Shown: positions 24,992 to 36,860 of the stretch, piece by piece
Numbering within the stretch: the stretch's first letter is position 1
How the letters are laid out: every line of letters starts with the position of its first letter
Position numbers and translations under genes: made by a program
Assembly: GCA_001600695.1 (NCBI GenBank)
Contig: BCKQ01000004.1
Coordinates: 43,770-101,320 of the forward strand
DNA length: 57,551 bases
Direction of reading: 5' to 3'
Origin: Ascoidea asiatica JCM 7603
Taxonomy: Eukaryota; Fungi; Ascomycota
Notes under the pieces: generated by a model
Database searches by the model: none
The model's input: only the letters and a program-made list of their open reading frames with translations
Told to the model about the DNA's origin: nothing

Positions 24992-27900
24992 ATGTATTTG
25001 TTACCAAATCAGAATAACAATAATACAAATAATATAGATTCTGCATATAATTATGACATACCTGAGTTCGAACTAAATTTGCCTGACAATACACCTTCAG
25101 CTCCAAATGCCACAACATTCAAAGTTGAAAATGAAACAATATCTAACAATCAGTTACACCATTTTCAAACACTGACTCATTCAATTCCTATCAATATTCC
25201 AGAAATTCCCCTTCCATCAGAAAAATATGTTGATTCAACTAGATATCAACCTGCTTCATATAATTCGAATATAATTCTTAACGATGAATATCTTCAAACT
25301 AAGTTTGATTTTAAAGGTGAGAAAAAAATATCAAAAAATGGGATTCTTTTTGGGTTTCCAAACAAACAGTTTGTAGTTTCTACTTTTACATTGCCAGGAA
25401 GAGGAAAGAAGCTTTATTGCATGGCAGCTGATATTTCCAAGGAATTACAATTCAGAGATTCTTATTTATTTTTACACAAAAACAAAGCTTTACTCAAATA
25501 TGTAGCTAATGATCAAGATAAACAATTTTTAATCAAAGAGGGTGTTCTTCAAAATGTCTTCAAATCTCGCTCAATTGGTGTTATATCTATTCGATCCTTA
25601 TATCTTCTATATGGTGCCAGAATGATAAAAAACGGTCATCGAATAATTGACGATTATTGGGAAACTCTTGCTTTAGAGAAAGGCTTTACAGTAAGTGATC
25701 CAGTTTATAATTATTCTAATAAACAAATGATAAAAATGGGCAGATTGCCTCCAAATACACCTATCAGTGTTTCCCAATCGACTGAAAACTTGGGTAGTAT
25801 TGGAAACAGTGTCACATCAAACGGTCTTTCTTCCAAAAAGTCTTTTTTATTATCTTCGAAAATAAATGGCAGGTCTGGGGTTATTGATGATAAAATAAAA
25901 GGATTAGGATGTTCTAACAGCATAGGTTTTTTTAGCAAAAAGGGTACAACAGGATTCGTCAATGGTAAAAATTCAACGATAATACCTTCTACAAAGAGTA
26001 GCTATATCACAAACCCTAAGTTATTAAAATCTTTACATCATTTCTCCGAGATTAAACAAGAAGATCAAAAAAAAAAAAAATATCCTTTGCTAGTTAATGA
26101 CTTTTCAACAAACTTGTATAGCTTGGAATCTCCTCATAATAATTCCAAATATCAAAAATATAGTCCTCCATTTATATATAAACTTAATTATCAGCAAAAT
26201 GAGTTTTTAAAGCAACGCTTAATTGCCGCTGATCCTTCCTTGGAGATCAGACAAAATTATTTACTATCATCAGGAGTTTCAGTGATACCTATTGGAAATA
26301 ATTCATTGGTGGGATATGATTATACATCCGGCTTTAACTCTAAAACGATTACTGTCTTGCCATCGCCTTCAATAGGAAATAGACAACTATCCTTGATTAG
26401 TTCTCCCGGTGGTAGTATTCCTCAATCAATCGCATCTTCTTTGCTAAATGGAGAAAGTTTGATTGCGGTTAATAGTAATGATCAGCTTTATTATGTGAGT
26501 TGCATTCAAGGTCAAAATATCCTCGGGGATATTGATTTGTTAAAAGATATAACTATGCCTAATTACGAACTAGCTATGAATAACCTAAATTTAATTCCGA
26601 AAAAGAATGATATAAAATCGGACATTCTGAGTACAGGGAACCAAAATTTTTCATCTTCTATTGAAAATACATCCAACAAAAGTAATTTTATCACAACTGC
26701 AGTCCCTACTTCTCTGATTTCGATGAGCAATAAAGGAGTTTCTGTTTCTATGTTAACCAAAAAGGACCGAATGCTACAGAACCTTTCTGATACATTTTCT
26801 CCTCTGTATCCAAGTAGTATCGGTAGTTATAATCAAGGCAATTACAGATTTTCTCATCAAAGCCAGGATAATTATATAATCAGTGGAGAAGGAGCCTTGG
26901 AAGAAATTCTACTGAATTTGCCAATTACATCCAACGAAAACTTGGTAAATCAAAAGAGTAACATTGGGTTGCCTTTTTTTGATTCTGGCTATATAATACA
27001 AAAATTGATTAGTTTAGAAAAAAGTTCGAATGAGTCCACCAGTAAAACAAAATTGAAAGTTTCCAATAAGTCATTTACATCTTATAATTCAATTAACTGT
27101 TCTGATTACAAGGGTTTTTTGTTGAAACCAATTACCATCGACGTACCTTCCAAAAAAAAATTTGAGTTTACGCTAGAAGGAAACTCTACCAAAAAAGATT
27201 ATTTAAGAACATTAGAAAATGAGCATAACACAGTAGTGTTGAATCAAACAATAAGTGATTTCAGAAATATTCGTCAAAAACAATGGAAGCATTATTGGTT
27301 TCATCGAAGCGGAGGGTATAATTTAGTGAAAAAAAATATTAAGTATGAAGTTAAGGAGGAACTTAAAGTAAGATCCAAAAAGTATGAAGAAAGATGTGAA
27401 ACCAAGAAAGGGAAGGATTCTAGTATTAATTTAATAGGTAAGAAGCCTGAATTTGTTTTAACCGAGAACAATAATCATAAAAACAATCAGGACTTGAGTT
27501 CTGATGAATATTCATCCGAAGATGAAGAAATTGAACAATTGAGTGAAATAATGAAAAATTCTAAAACCAAACTCTATAAAAATTCCTATATTTCTCTAGA
27601 TATAGGAGACTTGGGTCTTAATGTCGACTCGGATGAAGAAATAATTGATCAAAAATCAGAAGTCTTACCAAACAATTATCCATTACAATCATTTGAAGAG
27701 AAGAGACTAAAACAACAAAGAGAAGATTTCATTGGTGAGATCAAAAAAGAAATTATTTCGGAATTGAAAAATCCTGCGATACCTAATAAAAGCGATTATA
27801 CTGGAATATCTTTTGGAGATAAGTCTAACAATGAATTATCTTTGTCTAAAAGGTTTATACCAATACCAGAATCTACTTCTTTTGTTGGCCAACCTTCAAA

Positions 27901-28081
27901 AATTGAGTCTTTGGAAAAACACGAAACTCAAAATTCGAGCTCGAATGATTTAATAATGTCAGAACAAGAAATAACTGATGAAATAAACAAAAGGGTTGAA
28001 TTTCAATCTATGCTCAGGGTAAGTACCATAAAAAGAAGAAAACCAAATCCAAATAATTTGAATAACTGTAATATCAAGTAA
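24992..28081 (+). CDS. SWP82: SWI/SNF subunit Swp82-like (CRC_subunit domain, Rsc7 paralogue)
   Basis: KGEKKISKNG...STFTLPGRG...FRDSYLFL...YGARMIKNGHRIIDDYWE, followed by a long divergent region with RQKQWKHYW; second Rsc7/Swp82-family gene in the window. Confidence 0.72.
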   Translation: MYLLPNQNNNNTNNIDSAYNYDIPEFELNLPDNTPSAPNATTFKVENETISNNQLHHFQTLTHSIPINIPEIPLPSEKYVDSTRYQPASYNSNIILNDEYLQTKFDFKGEKKISKNGILFGFPNKQFVVSTFTLPGRGKKLYCMAADISKELQFRDSYLFLHKNKALLKYVANDQDKQFLIKEGVLQNVFKSRSIGVISIRSLYLLYGARMIKNGHRIIDDYWETLALEKGFTVSDPVYNYSNKQMIKMGRLPPNTPISVSQSTENLGSIGNSVTSNGLSSKKSFLLSSKINGRSGVIDDKIKGLGCSNSIGFFSKKGTTGFVNGKNSTIIPSTKSSYITNPKLLKSLHHFSEIKQEDQKKKKYPLLVNDFSTNLYSLESPHNNSKYQKYSPPFIYKLNYQQNEFLKQRLIAADPSLEIRQNYLLSSGVSVIPIGNNSLVGYDYTSGFNSKTITVLPSPSIGNRQLSLISSPGGSIPQSIASSLLNGESLIAVNSNDQLYYVSCIQGQNILGDIDLLKDITMPNYELAMNNLNLIPKKNDIKSDILSTGNQNFSSSIENTSNKSNFITTAVPTSLISMSNKGVSVSMLTKKDRMLQNLSDTFSPLYPSSIGSYNQGNYRFSHQSQDNYIISGEGALEEILLNLPITSNENLVNQKSNIGLPFFDSGYIIQKLISLEKSSNESTSKTKLKVSNKSFTSYNSINCSDYKGFLLKPITIDVPSKKKFEFTLEGNSTKKDYLRTLENEHNTVVLNQTISDFRNIRQKQWKHYWFHRSGGYNLVKKNIKYEVKEELKVRSKKYEERCETKKGKDSSINLIGKKPEFVLTENNNHKNNQDLSSDEYSSEDEEIEQLSEIMKNSKTKLYKNSYISLDIGDLGLNVDSDEEIIDQKSEVLPNNYPLQSFEEKRLKQQREDFIGEIKKEIISELKNPAIPNKSDYTGISFGDKSNNELSLSKRFIPIPESTSFVGQPSKIESLEKHETQNSSSNDLIMSEQEITDEINKRVEFQSMLRVSTIKRRKPNPNNLNNCNIK

Positions 28082-28567
28082 TTTATTTTTTTAAGAAATT
28101 TAGAACTACAAATTTTCTTTGAAGTATATTTCTAGTATCATAGTCTTATGTTGTTGTTTTTCTGCATAAATTTTTCATAATTTTTGTAGTACTTCTGAGA
28201 AAATAAGCAGACAATACTAGCGTAATAGGATGGTTTTCAGATAAATATTGGACACTTTTCGGAAAATATCACTGTATCTTTTTATCTGAGGCGTGGGACT
28301 TTTCCGTGTTTGTGTCCTTTTATCTTCAGGAAACAAAAATGAGGAAAGAGAAGAACTTAGGAATCTCATTAATACAATCAATCTTTTGTTACCCTTATGT
28401 TACATGTTTAGACTTATCGATTGTCTAGTGCTTTAAAGATTATGGATTTATAGCTATCTGTATAATCTAATTTAATATATAACAATTTGAATTTTTTCTT
28501 CTATGTTTTTTTTTCTCGTTTTTTGATTCAATCCTCCCATCAGCGTATCAATTCAATTTATATCAAA

Positions 28568-30246
28568 ATGTTTTTTAAAGAAAAAAGTTTATCAATATTT
28601 AGAAGGATTTATAGTCTGCATCCTCTTATTCTACTCTTGATTTCGCTTATAGGGGCATGCTTTCTGTTTATTATTCCATTTTTAAAGCCCTCACACCAAT
28701 TAAATAATAATTATTTCCAGTTAGCTCGTTCTGTTTCTTTCAATAAAATCATCAAATGTTCTGAATCTGAGTCAAGAAATAGTTTGTTTTGTTTTCAAAA
28801 ATATCGTTCAAGTTTAGAACAAGAAACGAAATCTGGTATTTCTCCATTTTCCAGAAATCAACTAGAAAGGTTTGAAAAACTTTTTTTAACCACCAGTATT
28901 TTTTTCAAAATTTTAAATACTAATTTTTTAATAGATGTTTGGATGTTGTTTCCGAAAATATCAATAACATCTCTTTGCTTTTAAATATTCAAACATGTTT
29001 TCATCAGGTAGATATTCTAGATAGAGCAATTGATTTTACTTCGGCGGTATCTCCCAAAATTAGCTGGATAAATTTGACTGCAATCCTTATAAGTTTGTTT
29101 ATACAAGCATTTGTTGCTCTCCATTCTTTTGTTGGCTTTATTTTAAGAAATTATGAGATTGGTGAAGTGGAAAACAAAGTTGAAATATTAGTACAGCAAT
29201 TTAAAGCTTTGAGGGGCAAACAGCTTGAATTGTTCAGAATAGCTTCACAAATCTCTTCAACAATGAAATATGAAATTAAACTACTACATGGTAGAATTAC
29301 CAGGTCAGCTGATTTCAAAAGAGATTTGGAAAATATGAATTTGAAAGTTGAAGAATCTTGGGTTGAAATCCAAGATTTAAGAGACTCCTTAGATGACTTG
29401 AAAGAGCGTTTAGATTATGTCCTTAATATTAAAAAAAATCCTACCTTGAATACAGTGACATCGTTTGAAGGGTTCAAACCCCAGTCTTTAAGAAATTATA
29501 ATGAACATAATAACACAAAGTCAGTCGAAGCTTTTGGAGGTAATATTTTGTCTAAGAAAAAATCTGAAAAAAATGCTATTAATGTCTTGCCTTCTAAAAT
29601 ATTGTTAACCAACAGTGATTTAAAGATAGATAATATGATGAAAAAAGATAGGAATTCATCTATTCTCAAAGAAAAAGAAAGTAATATAGTTCAAAATGAG
29701 TCTCTTCAAAATCAGAGTATTTCACCATTGATTCAAGCTAAAGTGAATGGACTTATTTTCGATTTAACCACAACTGAAGGAAAAAATAGATGGTTTGAAT
29801 ACGTTAAGAAAAACCCTAAAAACAACAAGGGAAATAGTTCCAATGATAATAAAAACACCTCAATAAAAACACAAATCAATATGTTTCTGGAAAAGGAAAA
29901 TAATGAAAGATTTGAAGAAAACAAGGAAAATGTCAAAAAGTCTAACCGTAAAGAAGATAATTCTGAAGAAGGAAAGCTAAATTTTAAAACTGAAAAGGCA
30001 TTAAGTATCATATCAAACTCCTATAATAGTAATGATACTAGTTCCGTGGAGAAAAAAAAATATGACTTAGAGGCTATAGAAATGTCGGACTTAAAATCAA
30101 GTGTTACTAATGAATTACTTGAACAACTGAATGTGTCTAGATTTGATAAAAATGGGAAGCCTTATAGAAGAATCTTTATTCCTGGAAGAGGTTGGATTTC
30201 AGCTAAAAAACTAGATGACGATCTTGATCTAAAACCCTCAGCTTAA
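28568..30246 (+). CDS. Uncharacterised membrane protein (2 predicted TM segments, 4-Cys loop, coiled coil); predicted exons 28568-28869 and 28935-30246, 537 aa
   Basis: Two overlapping ORFs in different frames join in frame via a candidate 65-nt intron, GTTTGA...TACTAAT...TAG. The downstream ORF lacks an early ATG. Confidence 0.62.
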
Positions 30247-31332
30247 AGCAAACGAATTGTTTGCTTAGAAAAATATATTATTTCTTGTTTACCTATTTAC
30301 TCTTGCAGTATAAATACTACATATATTTTGCTTTAATTTACCTCTAGATTTTTTGTTTTTTCAGTTCACTTTCAATTTTGCATTAATAAAAAGAATATTT
30401 GTTAAAATTTCAAAAAAAATACAGTTTATAAGCTCACCACTCGTATTCAAACAATTTTCAAGGCATTGTCATGATGGATTCCTTATTTTGGCGAATTTTC
30501 TCTGCTCGTGCTATACTTTTTTTTTTATTACCTAGAAGTTTTTCAAACGTAAAATGGCAGATCCTTTATTATTGGGCTCAAAAAAGAAATTCCAGTACTG
30601 TAGTAAGACTTGCCTAAAAAGTAGTGAAGCAACTACCCAAAATCTAAGAAAAGCAATTTTCTAACAGAAATCTATCAGGCTAATCAGGTGTATTATTAAG
30701 GTCCAGCATCAATTCTCTAGAGTGTTTTTACACAAAATCTAACCTGAAGACAGATTTCTGTTATTGCAGAGTACAATACTGTTGCAAAGATAATTGGTAA
30801 ATTATTGGCATTGGCTGAACAAAAATTTATATTCCCAACGAGTATTTGGCCCAATCTACAATATTGATTAAAGTCACGTGAATATAGAGGGTATATTATT
30901 TGTATGAGGATGGGGTGCACTAGTTATTTTTGCTTCCTAAATGATAAACGGCCAGTGATAGACGCCCATCTACGGCTTAAAAATAGAATCGTTCCATAGT
31001 ACTTAGAAATAGCTCGGAGTTATTATTCTTTTGGACAACACTAAAAACAGGAGTCCGAGAAGCCTATTTGTTTTACCTCCTATAACAGGATTCAAAAATT
31101 GGAGTGAGAATTTCATATTTTATTTTTCTAACATAAAGATATGATAATGGGTTTACAAATAACTCAGATAATTTTGCTATTCTTCTTAAAATAAATCTAG
31201 ATAATTTTCTAAGAGGCATCTGTACTTTTACCTTAAAGTATTAAAATTGATCATTTTCATTTATTTTCTCTATATTGTAGTATAATTTTAGTGAAATAGT
31301 ATGGAGATCATTCCATTGTGAAAAATCGAATA

Positions 31333-31340
31333 TTACCCGG
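31333..31340 (+). promoter_or_regulatory. Reb1-type site in the long SUT1 upstream region
   Basis: TTACCCGG followed by a T-tract. Confidence 0.4.
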
Positions 31341-32303
31341 CTTTTTTTTCTCGTTTGATTAATACTGTGGCTGTAGTTTTGGTTACATTAGTAAAAGTTA
31401 AAAGTGAGGGTGAAGTTGAGGGGTGCCAAAAATTTATGGGCGGCGAGAAATTTTTCTTAGGAGTCATACCATGATTAATTCACCAAATTTAATTCATCCA
31501 AGTTACATACATCAATGTGCAACATAGAAGCTCTTTTCTAACGGGAATACCAATAATAACTCAATCAGATTAAGGGTTATGTGTATTCATTTAAAATTCA
31601 AATTATTGAATTGAATTCTTGTATACAAGAAATCTTTTAGCCCCCAAAAATCTGCACGACTGTCAGTAACATCGAATGAAGTCCCGTTGTAAGGAAGCGA
31701 TTCAAATTAAATTGAAATCACTTACTTTCATTTGTCCTATATTCGTCCAAGGTTTCAATTTCCGTTTATATTCCCTCCTAGCCTATCCTTTAACTTTTAC
31801 AGCCCAATTATCAAATCTTTGTATCTACTTAGGTGCAATTTTTTTTACGGGAATAAATGTCTGAATATTTGTTCGGAGCCGACTCAAAAAGTCGTCCTGA
31901 TTTGAAGGGTAAAATATACTGCTAATTGATTGATATCATAACCTATTAATTTAAAGTAAAAGTTACCGTGATAACGTTAACGATATCATAAGTTGCAACA
32001 TTAAAATATCATGAACATTTTGCAATTAAAAAATAGAGAAAAAAAATATTACAGTTCTTAGGCTTTTTTTTTCTATCCGTAAATTTTAGTATGATGGTGT
32101 TTTCAAAAATATAAGAATAGGCTCTTTTTACTTAATTTTTTTTTCTTTCTAAAATATTTTTACTATTTCCTGGAATGTAAAATTCAGACTAAGAACCTCC
32201 AACCAGTGATATAATATACTTGCCATAAGCATTGTTTATTGAAAAGGATTGCCAGTAGAATATTGTTTAAAAGTTTTCTCTTTTCCAGCTAGATACCACA
32301 TAA

Positions 32304-33752
32304 ATGAATCAGTATAGTGATAGATTTTTAACACAACCACAAATGTTTAACAACGATAAGATGAAACCTGATACAACAGAGAGGGTATTATCAGTCCCTG
32401 ATCTTTTATCAACCAACGAATTTTCTTTTTTAAATAAAGATAATCGATCTTCATTTTCTTATATGGTACCTCAGATTGAAGAAGGCCCAAATTATTATTC
32501 ACAAAGACAAAGGAAAATTCCCATTTTATTACCTTCTTTAAATTCATCACTAAACAATTATTCAAATTTCACTACAGCAAGCAGAAAACTCATTTTCAAT
32601 AACTCTAATCAACTATCATGTGTTTCAAATAATTCTAAAAAGCATTCTAGATCTTCAGTCCAATTACCCCCTTTGAAATCTTTACTTTCAAATGCGAACT
32701 CCATTGATGCTCAAAGCCAATATTATTTGGTACCAATACCTCTGCAAAATGCCAGTACTTCAATAAGTAATAGCATTTCTACAACAAAAAAGATAAAATC
32801 ACTGTTTTATTCTTTTGATTGTGAACAGACAGAAAATAAAATAAAAGCACCAAAAAGCAAAATAAATGAAATCCAATATGCCCAACCTTCCTCTGACGTA
32901 ACTACAATTACTATAACTCTTCCTATTAATTCTCAATTTTTGAAAGGTTTACCACCAGTAGATTCAAGGAGCTCTTGCTTAGACACTATAATAAACAATT
33001 CTTCAAATGATTATGGTAATAGTTCTAATACTTATTATCCAAAAGTTTCCAATTTTCCTATGGTTAATAGATATGATGAAAAAAAGGAAAAAGATAATAT
33101 TTTATATCAGAATAATTTCAACTTTGTTGATCAAGCTAACTTGTCTCTAGATAATAATATTAACCCGATAACTTCAGATAAACAAAACAAAACAACTCAA
33201 GGTGTGACTAGCACCTTAAACGAAAATTGTTGTAAAAATGGAATATATATATCTCCCATTTCTTACAAAAAAAAAAGACAGAGAGTTGGTCCCTCTTGTG
33301 ATCTTTGCAGATCTAGAAAGGTCAAATGCAATGCAGACATAATAATTTTAAAACATTTAGAAAATCAAAGTTCTTCAGAGAAAGTAGTATTCGAGGAAAA
33401 GAATGGCAAACAATATAAAGAGGATTGCAACGATTATGAGATAATAAAAAATTTTGTTAGTGAGGATTATGGGCTTTCTTTAGAAGGATTAAATAAAATT
33501 TATGAGAAATACGTTCAGACTAAAAGTGAGCAATTTCATTTAACTTCGGGAATCAAGATGCTCAGTTCTCCTGAAAAAAAATTATTTGACTCATCGGCAT
33601 TTGATAATCATAAAGGATATATTTCTATTGAAACCAAAACAAAATTAATTAGATTCAAGCCATGCAGTGCTTGCTTGTCAAGGAAAGTTAAATGCTGTTT
33701 TTCACGGGGATTTACTCGAGAGGAAATTATGGTAAATAAAAGACGTAAATAG
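32304..33752 (+). CDS. SUT1: Sut1/Sut2-type transcription factor with a split Zn(II)2Cys6 cluster
   Basis: KKRQRVGPSCDLCRSRKVKC, long spacer, then KLIRFKPCSAC...CCFSRGFTREEI; LPSL/LPPL motifs in the N-terminus; 2-kb upstream intergenic region. Confidence 0.88.
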   Translation: MNQYSDRFLTQPQMFNNDKMKPDTTERVLSVPDLLSTNEFSFLNKDNRSSFSYMVPQIEEGPNYYSQRQRKIPILLPSLNSSLNNYSNFTTASRKLIFNNSNQLSCVSNNSKKHSRSSVQLPPLKSLLSNANSIDAQSQYYLVPIPLQNASTSISNSISTTKKIKSLFYSFDCEQTENKIKAPKSKINEIQYAQPSSDVTTITITLPINSQFLKGLPPVDSRSSCLDTIINNSSNDYGNSSNTYYPKVSNFPMVNRYDEKKEKDNILYQNNFNFVDQANLSLDNNINPITSDKQNKTTQGVTSTLNENCCKNGIYISPISYKKKRQRVGPSCDLCRSRKVKCNADIIILKHLENQSSSEKVVFEEKNGKQYKEDCNDYEIIKNFVSEDYGLSLEGLNKIYEKYVQTKSEQFHLTSGIKMLSSPEKKLFDSSAFDNHKGYISIETKTKLIRFKPCSACLSRKVKCCFSRGFTREEIMVNKRRK

Positions 33753-34439
33753 ATGATAGTTTGATCATTACATGTATTTTTTTTGGTGCAAAGCTTAGCA
33801 TTGGTAAATTTAACCTGAAGTGAATAATTCAAGTAGAGGTCAACTATTTTTTATGTATTAAAGGGTAATAATAATTATAACTTTGACAAATTATCTTTAG
33901 TCTTGTAATAATAGTGATTCTCAAATTCAATTTAAGTGATAGTTAGATAAAAACTGTAATACCGTAGATATTATTTTCAGTATTTTTCTCCTGAACTCTT
34001 TCTTTCTAGTCTGTGGGTTGATGAGAAGCATACTGTAACCGTTATGTTTATTAAGAACAAGGCGCTCTTAACGTTTTGAAGTTTAAGTATAGATCACGGC
34101 GCTAGTCACGTGCTCAGGTAGATATTGAAGTGTTAATTTGCCGAAAAATTAAAATGAAAACTTGACTTTAAACCTCCTCTTCTAGGTTCTTTTTTATTGA
34201 TAAGATAAATGCATTACTTAAGCTCACAAAATAAATAACATTTTTACAAAACAAACAGGATGCTTATACCCACTTAAATCAAAATATATTTCTCAAATCT
34301 CATCAATATTTTTTATTTTTCTCATCCTTTTAACTATTCGCTTATCTTGTTTTTAACTTTCAAAGTTATTCTTACTTTTATCTTATATTAGAATTCAAAT
34401 TATCATATTTTCACCAAAGAAGGAATAATAGTTTCCTAA

Positions 34440-36860
34440 ATGCCACCAAAAAAAAGAAAATCTACATTCAATTTACAGAAAAGTCGGCAACCTAAAAAAA
34501 CAGCATTTAATGTCGAAAACCAAAAAGAAGAATTACAATTATTTTTAGTGTCGACTTTGTCATTAATTCAAAACTTAAGAGATGATGATAATAGAATAAT
34601 TACAAGAGAGTATCTTAAATTACCAAATAAAAAGCTATATCCGGATTATTATGAAAAAATATCCAATCCTATTTCTTTGAATGAAATCAAGTCTAAAATT
34701 CATACGAAAAATTATAATACTGCCAAAGAATTTTTAAATGATATAAAAATAATGGCAGAAAACTCTTCGATATATAATGAATCAAATAGTTTAATTGCTC
34801 AAGATGCCAGAAACGTTTATAGCTTTGTTAACGACCAGGTAAAACAATTTTTGGGCGAAAAGGTGGACCCTCCTTTAGAGGAAGTAACTTCTGGATCCAG
34901 TGTATCAGAAAAAGGGAAAGCAAAAAAAACTGACAACCTTAAAATTAAGTTTCTTTTAGCAAAGCAACAAAACAGGAATTCAAATACAGATATTAGTGAT
35001 GTTTTAGAGTTTCGGATAGATGAGCCAATAAGAAAAGCTCTTATAGAATTGGTGCAAAATTTGATTTCGTATGAATATGAGTCTGAGAAAATTTCAACGC
35101 CCTTTCTAGATGAACCCAATAGATTGATTTATCCTGATTATTATGTGGTTATTGAAAAGCCAATGTCTCTAAAAACTGTTTTGAGTAATCTTCAAGAAAC
35201 AGTAGATTTTTCTTCGCATCAACGAAAAAATATAAGTGGAAAAAATCATCCAAAACTTTCATCTGGCTATTTCAAATTGAAGCAATTTCAGGAGGATGTT
35301 ATTTCTATTTTCCAAAATGCTCAGAGGTATAATTTAGAGGACAGTTTAATTTATGCTCATTCGGAAATTCTATCTAAGAAATTCATTTCAGATTTCGAAA
35401 TAATCAAGGAATCGTTACTAAGAAACTTTAAAATAAAAATGGGAAATTATAGTCAGAAAGATCTGGATAATATATCTTTTTTTCAAAACATTAATAAAGA
35501 AAAGGAAAATGATTCTAGAACACCTAAGAAAAAAGGTAGGCCCCTCAAACAACTAACTGGCTTGAAACTAAAGCTAGGAGTGAAAGGTCGTTCTCTCACC
35601 TCCCCAAGTACGAAAGATAGTATATGTGATAATTTGTTAAATGATTCTTTTACATCGGTTTCTGATGATATAAAAGAAGCTGAGATGGGTTCCCTCGAAG
35701 ATATAAATATTAAGGAAAGTTACAGACAGGTGAATGAATCGGCTAATAATGATGAAAAAATATCCCAAAGTTCTAATGTTGATCTTGCAAAAGATGCGAT
35801 TCCAATTAGCTTAAACTTTCGTGGTCGAGCTCGTGGTCGTGGAAGAGGTCGTGGAAGAGGCCGTGGAAGATTTAGAGGAACCAAGAAAACAATACCTACC
35901 AAAATTTCTTTAAATGTGGGACAGAATGAAGAACTTTCACTGACTCCTGATAATAACTCTAATGAATCTGAACCACTAAACGTGGATAAAACCATCCTAA
36001 TTAACCAAAGCTTGGTTCATGCTAAAAGTAATTTCAGTCTGGATATAATTGATAAAACTTCTGAAGATAATAAAACAGGAACAGGGGATCAAAGTGAGAA
36101 GGATAAAAGTCAAAATAAGGATTATAATGAGAATGTTGTAACTCATTCAATGGAAATTTCTTTAAGTGAAGATAGTATGAAAAATAATAAAGATTCCAGA
36201 AGTTGCTTGGAAGCTGTAACTCAAAAAGATTTAAAAGACTTATCGGCTGAAGAAAGAAGAGAATCAAATAATTCATACCTTATGATAAACAATGATAAAA
36301 TCAAAAGTTCAATTGTGCAAAAAGAAGTTGCTAAATTGCCATACTTTCTTTTTCCAGATAGCAGAAAAAAATATGAATCTAGTGCTAACCCTTTGATACA
36401 TGAAATATTCATTTCATCATCGAAAAGCATCAGAGGCTTTCATAATAATCCAAGTTCAACTTTTTTTGAAGAGAATTTCGATTCGAACTTATTGAAAACC
36501 CCATCTTGTGTTGAATACCGGTATACAATGCAAAACAATAGAAAAATCAATAATTTTGCAATTTCAATGCCTTATGGGAAAAATGCAATAACTGTGTCGG
36601 TGACGTTAAATCGTGAGTTAGTCGAAACAAACTATCTTTCAGGCCTTTTTGTAAATAACGATAGAGCAAACCCAAGTCCAAGTTCGACCTATGTAGATGA
36701 AAAAAGGATTTTAACATCAAAGTATGAAATCAGATTAGCTAATGGGTTGAATAATCTCAAATGCATAGTCAAACCGTCGTCTTATGATAATAGAACTGAA
36801 GTAGAAAAGAAAATTATCAATGAAGAAAAAGTTGAGTTTTGGATTCAGGTCTTTATATAA
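34440..36860 (+). CDS. RSC4: RSC subunit with tandem bromodomains
   Basis: Two bromodomains (LPNKKLYPDYYEKISNPISL...YN and PDYYVVIEKPMSL...FQNAQRYN), no BAH domain, and an Rsc4-type C-terminal beta domain ending FWIQV. Confidence 0.85.
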   Translation: MPPKKRKSTFNLQKSRQPKKTAFNVENQKEELQLFLVSTLSLIQNLRDDDNRIITREYLKLPNKKLYPDYYEKISNPISLNEIKSKIHTKNYNTAKEFLNDIKIMAENSSIYNESNSLIAQDARNVYSFVNDQVKQFLGEKVDPPLEEVTSGSSVSEKGKAKKTDNLKIKFLLAKQQNRNSNTDISDVLEFRIDEPIRKALIELVQNLISYEYESEKISTPFLDEPNRLIYPDYYVVIEKPMSLKTVLSNLQETVDFSSHQRKNISGKNHPKLSSGYFKLKQFQEDVISIFQNAQRYNLEDSLIYAHSEILSKKFISDFEIIKESLLRNFKIKMGNYSQKDLDNISFFQNINKEKENDSRTPKKKGRPLKQLTGLKLKLGVKGRSLTSPSTKDSICDNLLNDSFTSVSDDIKEAEMGSLEDINIKESYRQVNESANNDEKISQSSNVDLAKDAIPISLNFRGRARGRGRGRGRGRGRFRGTKKTIPTKISLNVGQNEELSLTPDNNSNESEPLNVDKTILINQSLVHAKSNFSLDIIDKTSEDNKTGTGDQSEKDKSQNKDYNENVVTHSMEISLSEDSMKNNKDSRSCLEAVTQKDLKDLSAEERRESNNSYLMINNDKIKSSIVQKEVAKLPYFLFPDSRKKYESSANPLIHEIFISSSKSIRGFHNNPSSTFFEENFDSNLLKTPSCVEYRYTMQNNRKINNFAISMPYGKNAITVSVTLNRELVETNYLSGLFVNNDRANPSPSSTYVDEKRILTSKYEIRLANGLNNLKCIVKPSSYDNRTEVEKKIINEEKVEFWIQVFI

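Noticed and set aside
30873-30881. GTCACGTGA as CDEI of a point centromere
   Set aside because: No following very AT-rich CDEII or CDEIII motif; an ordinary Cbf1 site is simpler.
30353-31864. Short ORFs in the SUT1 upstream region
   Set aside because: 60-67 aa, mostly non-ATG starts, no homology cues; long promoters are typical of such transcription-factor genes.
33270-33730. Split Zn2Cys6 cluster as a novelty
   Set aside because: This is the known Sut1/Sut2 architecture.
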